In this document: piece by piece, positions 19,753-26,543 of the stretch
How positions within the stretch are numbered: position 1 is the stretch's first letter
Layout of the letters: each line of letters opens with the position of its first letter
Origin: Alphaproteobacteria bacterium
Lineage (GTDB): Bacteria; Pseudomonadota; Alphaproteobacteria; Bin95
Assembly: GCA_965205265.1 (NCBI GenBank)
Contig: CBDBGH010000003.1
Coordinates: 1,056,001-1,120,000 of the forward strand
DNA: 64,000 nucleotides
Direction: 5' to 3'
The notes under the pieces: generated by a model
What the model saw: the letters and a program-made list of their open reading frames with translations, nothing else
Told to the model about the DNA's origin: nothing
Database searches by the model: none
Position numbers and translations under genes: made by a program

Positions 19753-19804
19753 GGTGGGCGCCTTTGTCGCCTTTCCCGCCCCGGCGCGCAAGGGATGAGA
19801 AACG

Positions 19805-20830
19805 ATGGACCGACTGGAGATACGCCGCCCGGACGACTGGCATGTCCATTTCCGCGAGGGCGAAATGCTGCGCGCGGTCGTGCCCTTCACGGCGCGGCAG
19901 TTCGCCCGCGCCATCGTGATGCCGAACCTGGTGCCGCCGGTGACGGACGGCGCCCGCGCCCGCGCCTACCGGGACGAGATCGGGGCCGCGCTGCCGCCGG
20001 GCGCGGCGTTCGAGCCGCTGATGACCTGCTACCTGACGGACGGGCTGGACCCGGCGGTCATGGAGGACGAGGTCTTTACCGCCGCCAAGCTCTACCCGGC
20101 CCATGCGACCACCAACTCCGCCCATGGCGTGACCGACATTGCCGCCTTGCGCCCGGTGCTGGAGCGGATGCAGCGGATCGGCAAGCCGCTGCTCATCCAC
20201 GGCGAGGTGACGCATCCCGAAGTGGATGTCTTCGACCGGGAGGCGGTGTTCGTGGAGACGGTGCTGTCCGGGCTCCGGCGCGACTTCCCGGAACTCAGGA
20301 TCGTGCTGGAGCATGTCACCACGGCGGATGGCGTCGCGTTCGTCGAAGAAGCGGACGGGCCGACGGCCGCCACGATCACCCCGCACCATCTCGTCATAGA
20401 CCGCAACGACCTTCTGGTCGGCGGCATCCGTCCGCATCTCTATTGCCTGCCAGTCGCCAAGCGCCGCCGCCATCGCGACGCGCTTCGCCGCGCGGCGGTC
20501 TCCGGCAGCCCGCGCTTCTTCCTCGGCACGGACACCGCGCCCCATGCCGTCAGCGACAAGGAGACCGCCTGCGGCTGCGCCGGCATCTTCTGCGCGCCGA
20601 CCGCTCTGGAGGTCTATGCCGAGGTCTTCGACGAGGAAGGCGCGCTCGACCGGCTGGAAGCCTTTGCGAGCCTGAACGGCCCCGCCTTCTACGGCCTCCC
20701 GCCGAACGAGGAGCGCATCCTGCTGGAGCGCCGCCCCAACGAAGGCCCCGGCCCCCTGGATGTCGGCGACGACACCATCCTCCCCTTCCGCGCGAGCGAG
20801 CGGTTGGAGTGGCGGTTTGTTCCAGCTTGA
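19805..20830 (+). CDS. pyrC: Dihydroorotase (homodimeric type)
   Basis: [39 protein letters not shown]. Confidence 0.97.
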   Translation: MDRLEIRRPDDWHVHFREGEMLRAVVPFTARQFARAIVMPNLVPPVTDGARARAYRDEIGAALPPGAAFEPLMTCYLTDGLDPAVMEDEVFTAAKLYPAHATTNSAHGVTDIAALRPVLERMQRIGKPLLIHGEVTHPEVDVFDREAVFVETVLSGLRRDFPELRIVLEHVTTADGVAFVEEADGPTAATITPHHLVIDRNDLLVGGIRPHLYCLPVAKRRRHRDALRRAAVSGSPRFFLGTDTAPHAVSDKETACGCAGIFCAPTALEVYAEVFDEEGALDRLEAFASLNGPAFYGLPPNEERILLERRPNEGPGPLDVGDDTILPFRASERLEWRFVPA

Positions 20831-20860
20831 TTCTTTACTATTTGGCAATTGGTAAAGAAT
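20830..20860. promoter_or_regulatory. Inverted repeat, putative antitoxin operator (or pyrC terminator)
   Basis: ATTCTTTAC (20830-20838) / GTAAAGAAT (20852-20860) in an AT-rich gap upstream of the AbrB antitoxin. Confidence 0.55.
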
Positions 20861-20904
20861 GAGTATCTTGCGTTGGAATTAGTCAAGTCGGAAAGGAAAG
20901 TTCC

Positions 20905-21132
20905 ATGCCGCGGGTGAGCGCCAAGCGCCAGATCACGCTGCCGGTCGATCAATGCCGGGAAGTCGGCATCGCGCCGGGGGACGAGTACCGGAGCTATGTC
21001 GCTGATGGCCATATCACCATCGTACGGATGACTCCCGGCGCAGCGAAGGGAATTCTGCGGGATGTTGTCGGCGATCCGGCCGTCAGCGATGAGGAATCAC
21101 TGGAAGATGCGCTTGACAGGTCGGCGCGTTGA
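20905..21132 (+). CDS. AbrB/MazE/SpoVT-type antitoxin (VapB-like)
   Basis: RVSAKRQITLP swapped-hairpin motif; AGGAAAG RBS; overlaps the PIN gene. Confidence 0.88.
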   Translation: MPRVSAKRQITLPVDQCREVGIAPGDEYRSYVADGHITIVRMTPGAAKGILRDVVGDPAVSDEESLEDALDRSAR

Positions 21133-21563
21133 TCGCCGTCGATACGAATGTCCTGCTTCGGTATCTGCTGCATGACGACGAAGCCCAGACAGCGCGCGCG
21201 GATGCCGTTTTCGACGTCGGAGAGACCGTTCTGATCCCGGATGTCGTGCTGGCGGAAACTGTGTGGACGCTTGCCGGCCGCAGATACCGGCTGACGGAAT
21301 CCGAACTGGCGACCGTTCTGGAACGGTTGTTCATCGATCGGAACATCCGATTCGAGGACGACCGGGCCGTGTGGCGCGCCCTGCAGGCATTCCGAAGTGC
21401 GGCGCCGGCGGGCGAGGCCGGATCGGTCAGGGGCGTCGGTTTTGCCGACGCCTTGATTGTCTTCAAGGCGTTGCGCGTAGCCTCGGACGCCGGCGAGGCG
21501 TTGACCGGCGTTTACACATTCGACGCTGCCATGCAACGCCTGCCGCACACAAAGCCCGTCTGA
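21129..21563 (+). CDS. PIN domain toxin (VapC-like)
   Basis: IAVDTNVLLRYL, VLAETVW, GFADALI, TFD; TTG start overlapping the antitoxin stop. Confidence 0.9.
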   Translation: MIAVDTNVLLRYLLHDDEAQTARADAVFDVGETVLIPDVVLAETVWTLAGRRYRLTESELATVLERLFIDRNIRFEDDRAVWRALQAFRSAAPAGEAGSVRGVGFADALIVFKALRVASDAGEALTGVYTFDAAMQRLPHTKPV

Positions 21564-21587
21564 AGGCGAAGAACCTGCCGGTTCGGA

Positions 21588-22187
21588 TCAGTCCCGCGCG
21601 AGGGCGCACAGGGGACGGGCGAGGAGGCGTTGGACGTAGCGGCGGAGCGCCGGGAACTCTTCGAGATGCCCCTGCCGCCGCGCCCAGTTGAGGCACCAGC
21701 CGACGATGATGTCGGTCACGGTGAAGCGGTTTTCGACCAGATAGTCATGCTGCGCCAGATGCGCCTCCGGCACCGCGGCGCTGCGCTTGAACATTTTCAC
21801 GTTTTGCTCGAATCCGGCGGTAATGCGCCTCTCTTCCGGCAGCACATAGGTGTTGACGGCGGTGTTCCAGAGCCACGCTTCCATCTCTGTGAGGCAGAAC
21901 GCGACCCACTGGTCGTGCTCGGCGCGGGCGAAGGCGCCGGGCGCGGCGATCAGCTTCGCGGCCGGCGCGCGGTCGGCGATGTAGGTGCAGATGGCCGCGG
22001 ACTCGAACAGCGCCCGCCCGTCGATAACCGCCGCCGGGATCTTGGCGAGGGGATGATACCGGCGCATGTCTTCCACGCTCGCCAGTTTGCTCCTGTCGAT
22101 CTCGGCATAGTCGATGCCTGCTTCCTGCAGGGTCCATTGGCAGCGCGCGGAACGGTTGGTGCCGGTGCCGAACAGGGTTACTTCCAT
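21588..22187 (-). CDS. Glutathione S-transferase
   Basis: HPLAKIPA, LFESAAICTY, FTVTDI. Confidence 0.9.
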   Translation of the reverse strand: MEVTLFGTGTNRSARCQWTLQEAGIDYAEIDRSKLASVEDMRRYHPLAKIPAAVIDGRALFESAAICTYIADRAPAAKLIAAPGAFARAEHDQWVAFCLTEMEAWLWNTAVNTYVLPEERRITAGFEQNVKMFKRSAAVPEAHLAQHDYLVENRFTVTDIIVGWCLNWARRQGHLEEFPALRRYVQRLLARPLCALARD

Positions 22188-22207
22188 GTCGTGAGACTCC
22201 TCTGCGC

Positions 22208-22966
22208 CTACAGCCGGGCGGCGAAATCGAATATCGCATCCGCGACCCGCTCCGGCGCCTCGATGGGGGCGCCGTGGGCGAGACCGTCCAGCACCAGGGC
22301 CCGGGCATCCGGAATGGCCTGTGCAAGCGCGCGGCTCATGGCGGGGGTGGAGTTGATGTCATGCTCGGCCGTCATGGCAAGCGTGGGGCAGGCGATGCGC
22401 CCGGCTTCCCGCGCGAGTTCGGCGTCGGCCGTCGCGAACACCCGGTAGGCGGCGAGATAGGCCGCCGGATCGTTGGCCAGCAGGCGGCGCCGGACCGGTT
22501 CGACAAGCTCGGGCGAGGCCTTGCGGAATTCCTCCGTGAACCAGCGTGCGATGGCCGGGTCGGCCATGCCGGCGGGGCCGTCGCGCTCCACCGCGGCGAG
22601 GCGCTGCAATATCGCGGCGCGCTGGCCCTCGTCGCGGTCGAACACGGCGTTCATCAGCACCAGCCCCCGCAGCGCGGCCGGCCGGTCGAGCGCGAAGCGC
22701 TGCGCCACCATCGCGCCCATCGAGAAGCCGACGACGACCGGCGCGCTGTCGAGACCGCCCGCAATGTCCGCCAGGGCGTCGGCAAAGGTTGCCAGCGTCA
22801 CCTCGCCCTGCGGCACGGGGGCCTCGCCGTGGCAGGGCATGTCGAAGGCGATGCAGCGCAGCCTGCCGGCGAGGCAGCGCGAAACCCCGTCCCACATGCG
22901 CCGGTCCAGTCCGACCCCGTGGACAAGGACCGCAGCCGGGAGCCCGCCGGTCGCCGGTGCGCTCAT
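22208..22966 (-). CDS. Alpha/beta hydrolase, TgnD-like
   Basis: LVHGVG, GFSMG nucleophile, MNAVFDR, YLAAYRVFATAD, DINSTPAM; ATGA-coupled to the LLM gene. Confidence 0.85.
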   Translation of the reverse strand: MSAPATGGLPAAVLVHGVGLDRRMWDGVSRCLAGRLRCIAFDMPCHGEAPVPQGEVTLATFADALADIAGGLDSAPVVVGFSMGAMVAQRFALDRPAALRGLVLMNAVFDRDEGQRAAILQRLAAVERDGPAGMADPAIARWFTEEFRKASPELVEPVRRRLLANDPAAYLAAYRVFATADAELAREAGRIACPTLAMTAEHDINSTPAMSRALAQAIPDARALVLDGLAHGAPIEAPERVADAIFDFAARL

Positions 22967-24000
22967 GCGAAGGCGGGCACCACTTCGTCGATAAAGAGGC
23001 GAAGCGACTCCCGCTTCTCGCTGAACGGCATGCCGTTGTCGATCCACAGGCTGTACTGGTCGAAGCCCATCGCTTCGTAGTTCCTGAGCCGGGCAATCAC
23101 CTGCTCCGGCGTGCCGACGACATTGTTGGCGCGCATCTTGTCCGGCGAGAACATGTCGAGCTTGGCCATCTCCTCTTCCGTCAGCGGCTGGATCATGCCC
23201 TGGTCGATGGGCCGCTCATTGCGGAACCAGGCGCCGAAATGGCAGTAGAACCGGCTGAGCGCCCGCGCTCCGGCCTCTGCCGCCTCCTCGTCGGCGGCGA
23301 CATGGGTGTGGCGCAGCAGCATGATCCGCGGCCGCGGGACCTCCGGATGGGCGGCGCAGGCATCCTCGAAACGCTGCATCAGCCGCTCCACCTCGTCATC
23401 GCCCTGCCAGAGCGGCGTCACCTGCACATTGCACCGCTCGGCGACCGCGAATTTGTGGCTGTCGGGGTCGCGGGCGGCGATCCAGAGGGGCGGATGCGGG
23501 CTCTGGACGGGTTTCGGGGAGGAGGTGGTCTTCGGGAACTGCCAGCGCTCGCCGTCATGCGCATAGTCGCCCTGCCAGAGCTTCTTCACTGCCGGCACCG
23601 TCTCGCGCAGCGCCGCGCCCGCCGAGGCGGCGTCGAGGCCGGGCGACAGCCGCTCGTATTCGAAGCTGTAGGCGCCGCGCGCGATGCCGAGCTCCAGCCG
23701 CCCGCCCGTCACGATATCGGCCAGCGCCGCTTCGCCCGCGAGCTTTATCGGGTGCCAGAAGGGCGCCACGATGGCGCCGGTGCCGAGGCGGACATGTTTC
23801 GTCCTGTTGGCGATATCGGCGAGCGTGATGAACGGGTTCGGCGTGATGGTGAAATCCATGCCGTGATGTTCGCCGGTCCAGATGGCCTCGAAGCCGCCCT
23901 CGTCGGCCATCCGGCAGAGCTCCAGCGACTCCCGGTAGAGCTCGGCATGGTCGCGGTCCGGCGTCAGCCGTTCCATGTGGACGAACAGGGAAAATTGCAT
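22963..24000 (-). CDS. Luciferase-like flavin monooxygenase, TgnB-like (trigonelline/homarine-type oxygenase)
   Basis: MQFSLFVHMER, WTGEHHGMDFTITPNPF, APFWHPIKLAGEAA, ARGAYSFEYER; recalled close similarity to Acinetobacter TgnB. Confidence 0.85.
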   Translation of the reverse strand: MQFSLFVHMERLTPDRDHAELYRESLELCRMADEGGFEAIWTGEHHGMDFTITPNPFITLADIANRTKHVRLGTGAIVAPFWHPIKLAGEAALADIVTGGRLELGIARGAYSFEYERLSPGLDAASAGAALRETVPAVKKLWQGDYAHDGERWQFPKTTSSPKPVQSPHPPLWIAARDPDSHKFAVAERCNVQVTPLWQGDDEVERLMQRFEDACAAHPEVPRPRIMLLRHTHVAADEEAAEAGARALSRFYCHFGAWFRNERPIDQGMIQPLTEEEMAKLDMFSPDKMRANNVVGTPEQVIARLRNYEAMGFDQYSLWIDNGMPFSEKRESLRLFIDEVVPAFA

Positions 24001-24307
24001 TGCCGAACTCCCGGAACGCGCCCGCAGAGAGACCGAAGGCTTCATAACACGACACGCCCTTCTTTCACCGCCCCGATTTCCGGCGTCCCAAGGCAATCGC
24101 TTTTGAAGATTTGCGAGCAGGGCGCATGGCGTGGATTCAACCGGGTTTCGAGAGGTTCGGCGGCATCGGGACCCGGATCGACGCCCGACGGCTTGGTTCC
24201 CAAGTCGTCATGCCCACTCCCATATCGTCATGCCCGGACTTGTTCCGGGCATCCATGCAGCCGCCCCGGGAGAAGCGGTGGAGGGAGAGAGCTGCCCGGA
24301 ACAAGTC

Positions 24308-24669
24308 CACTGCTGTCCGGCTTAGATTTGGTGGACAGAGCGCATGGCTTGGATTCAAGCGGGTTTCGAGGGGTTCGGCGGGATCGGGACTCGGATCGAT
24401 GCCCGGCGGCCCGGCCCTGTTCCCGTCATGCCCGCCCCCCATATCGTCATGCCCGGACTTGTTCCGGGCATCCATACGGCCGCCCGGTGGAGCCGCTTGA
24501 GAGAGATACCCGGAACAAGTCCGGGTATGACGAAAGAGCCTGCCCTGAGCCTGTCGAAGGGGGCATTCGGGCCTCACGGGCAAGGGGCGGATCGCAGACG
24601 CCGCGCGCCCCCGAAACCCCCGGCGGACTCCCGTTCAACCTCGCCCAATGGCTGAACCGGACAGCAATG
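24308..24669. mobile_element. Non-autonomous MITE (362 bp) with IS4-like termini
   Basis: TIRs CACTGCTGTCCGGCTTAG / CATTGCTGTCCGGTTCAG (15/18 identical); perfect 9-bp TSD GAACAAGTC at 24299-24307 and 24670-24678. Confidence 0.88.
24445..24532. repeat. Intact CGTC-type REP doublet inside the inner MITE
   Basis: CGTCATGCCCGGACTTGTTCCGGGCA (24445-24470) / TACCCGGAACAAGTCCGGGTATGACG (24507-24532). Confidence 0.88.
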
Positions 24670-24862
24670 GAACAAGTCCGGGCATGACGGAGGAGGGCGT
24701 TCGGGCATGACGGAAGAACCAGTCCCGAGCCTGTCGAAGGGGGCCGTTCGGGCATGACAAATCCGAAAGCGATTGCCCCGCCGGCTTCCTCCGGGCGGGG
24801 TTGGGGCAGGGCGCATGAGGGGGTACAGACGCAATGGACGGATGAGGGATCGGACCGGATAG

Positions 24863-26074
24863 ATGGGTGACACCGGCGGCGGGCCGCCGCTCCGCATTTC
24901 CAACCGGGCAGCCAGAAGGCTGTTTCTCGACCGGCATGGCCTCTGCCGGCCGCCGCCGGGCGAGGACCTCGCAGGGCTGATCGAACGCCTCGGCTTCGTG
25001 CAGGTGGACAGCATCGCCACGGTCGAGCGCGCCCATCACATGATCCTGGCCTCGCGGCGCAGAAGCTACCGGCCGCGGCAGCTCGACAACCTGCTGGAAC
25101 GGCGGCGGGCCCTGTTCGAGCACTGGACCCACGATGCTTCGGTCATCCCCATGTCGTTCTATCCCCACTGGCGGCTGCGCTTCCGCCGCGATGCCGAAAT
25201 GCTGCGCGCGCGCTGGCGCAACTGGCGGCGCGCGGGGTTCGAGGAGCGGTTCGACGACGTGCTGGAGCGGATTCGGGAGGGCGGTCCCGTCATGGCGCGC
25301 GACTTCGAGGGCGGCCGGCAACGCACGGAAGCCGGCTGGTGGGACTGGCACCCTTCCAAGACCGCCCTGGAATTCCTCTGGCGCACCGGCGCGCTCGCCA
25401 TCGCCCGGCGCGAAGGCTTCCAGAAGGTCTTCGACCTTGCCGAGCGGGTGGTGCCCGAGGCCTATCGGAGCATGGCGCCGGGCGAGGAGGAAACGCTCGA
25501 CTGGGCCTGCAGGAGCGCGCTCGACCGGCTCGGCTTCGCCACGCCCCGGGAGATCGCGTCGTTCTGGGACACGGCCTCGCTCGCGGAGGCGCGCGCCTGG
25601 TGCGCCAGGCAGCATGCCGACACGCTAGTCGAGGTCGAAGTGGAAGGCGCCCGGCCGGGCCAGATACGCCGGCTGCTCGCGCGGCCGGACGCAGGCGAGC
25701 AGGCGGAGCGGGCGCCCGAGCCTCCGGGCGGCGTGCGTGTGCTGAGCCCGTTCGATCCCCTGCTGCGGGACCGCAAGCGGGCGGAGTGGCTGTTCGGCTT
25801 CCGCTTCCGCATCGAAATCTTCGTCCCGGAGGCGAAACGCGAATACGGCTACTACGTCTTCCCGCTGCTGGAAGGCGACCGGCTGATCGGGCGCATCGAC
25901 ATGCGGCGCAAGGAAGGCCGGCTGCGCGTCAGCGCGTTCTGGCCGGAGCGGGGCGTGCGCCTCGGCAAAGGGCGGATGGAGCGCATCGGGCGCGAACTCG
26001 ACCGCATCGCCCGCTTCGCCGGCTGCGACCGCACGGTCTTCGAAAACGGCTGGATCAGGGAGACGAGGGAGTAG
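24863..26074 (+). CDS. ycaQ: YcaQ family DNA crosslink-repair glycosylase (HTH_42)
   Basis: FVQVDSI (QxD), ERAHH, LFEHWTHDAS, GWWDW, LSPFDPL, EYGYYVFPLL. Confidence 0.88.
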   Translation: MGDTGGGPPLRISNRAARRLFLDRHGLCRPPPGEDLAGLIERLGFVQVDSIATVERAHHMILASRRRSYRPRQLDNLLERRRALFEHWTHDASVIPMSFYPHWRLRFRRDAEMLRARWRNWRRAGFEERFDDVLERIREGGPVMARDFEGGRQRTEAGWWDWHPSKTALEFLWRTGALAIARREGFQKVFDLAERVVPEAYRSMAPGEEETLDWACRSALDRLGFATPREIASFWDTASLAEARAWCARQHADTLVEVEVEGARPGQIRRLLARPDAGEQAERAPEPPGGVRVLSPFDPLLRDRKRAEWLFGFRFRIEIFVPEAKREYGYYVFPLLEGDRLIGRIDMRRKEGRLRVSAFWPERGVRLGKGRMERIGRELDRIARFAGCDRTVFENGWIRETRE

Positions 26075-26543
26075 CCTGCAACGCGATGGCGTCCTCGAGC
26101 CAGGCGCGCGCATAGGCGGCGTAGGAGCGGCCGACATAGAGGCGCCAGACGCTGTCCTCGCGCGGCTCCAGCAGCGCATGCGCGCGCGCCAGCGCGGTTT
26201 GTGCGCAGGAGCCGGGCCGAAGCGTGTCGAGGTCGAGCCGGCAGCCCGAAGCCAGGATTTCCATCGCGCCGGAGCCGGAGAGCTCGAGAACCGCGCGGGC
26301 CTCGCTTACATCGACGATGGCGCAATGCTGGCCCTCAAGCGCTTCCTCCAGCGCGCCGGCCGGGTCCGCGTCCGATACGACCAGCCATTCGTCGGGTCCG
26401 AGCCACAGGGCCTGTCCGGCCACCGAATTCGGCGTCTCGGGCAAGTCGAGGCCCAGCACTCCGGAGACGGCAACATGAAACTCTGCTCCGCCGCCCCGTA
26501 ATATCGTCAGGCTGAGGCCGTCGATTGCACGCAGTTCAGCCAT
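26055..26543 (-). CDS. soxG: Sarcosine oxidase subunit gamma
   Basis: LWLGPDEWLV, VDVSEAR, GCRLDL, CAQT; last gene of soxBDAG. Confidence 0.88.
   Translation of the reverse strand: MAELRAIDGLSLTILRGGGAEFHVAVSGVLGLDLPETPNSVAGQALWLGPDEWLVVSDADPAGALEEALEGQHCAIVDVSEARAVLELSGSGAMEILASGCRLDLDTLRPGSCAQTALARAHALLEPREDSVWRLYVGRSYAAYARAWLEDAIALQATPSSP

Larger units (their letters stand above)
24226..24689. repeat. CGTC-type REP doublet of the outer MITE, right arm split by the inner MITE
   Basis: Left arm CGTCATGCCCGGACTTGTTCCGGGCA (24226-24251); right arm TGCCCGGAACAAGTC (24293-24307) plus CGGGCATGACG (24679-24689) rebuilds a perfect 26-bp inverted repeat. Confidence 0.88.
24089..24780. mobile_element. 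Non-autonomous MITE with ISAs1-like termini (about 321 bp without the nested insert)
   Basis: Left CAAGGCAATCGCTTTTGAAGATTTG versus right (rc) CGGGGCAATCGCTTTCGGATTTG; flanked by CCGGCGTCC (24080-24088) / CCGGCTTCC (24781-24789), 8/9 identical. Confidence 0.75.

Noticed and set aside
24111-24755. Short ORFs with repeated SCPDLFRAS / VMPGLVPGI / RHARTCSG peptides
   Set aside because: These are translations of the REP palindromes in the nested MITEs; no RBS or domain support.
24089-24780. Possible CRISPR array or simple tandem duplication
   Set aside because: Repeats are inverted pairs with irregular spacing and no cas genes; TIRs and TSDs explain the duplication as nested insertion.
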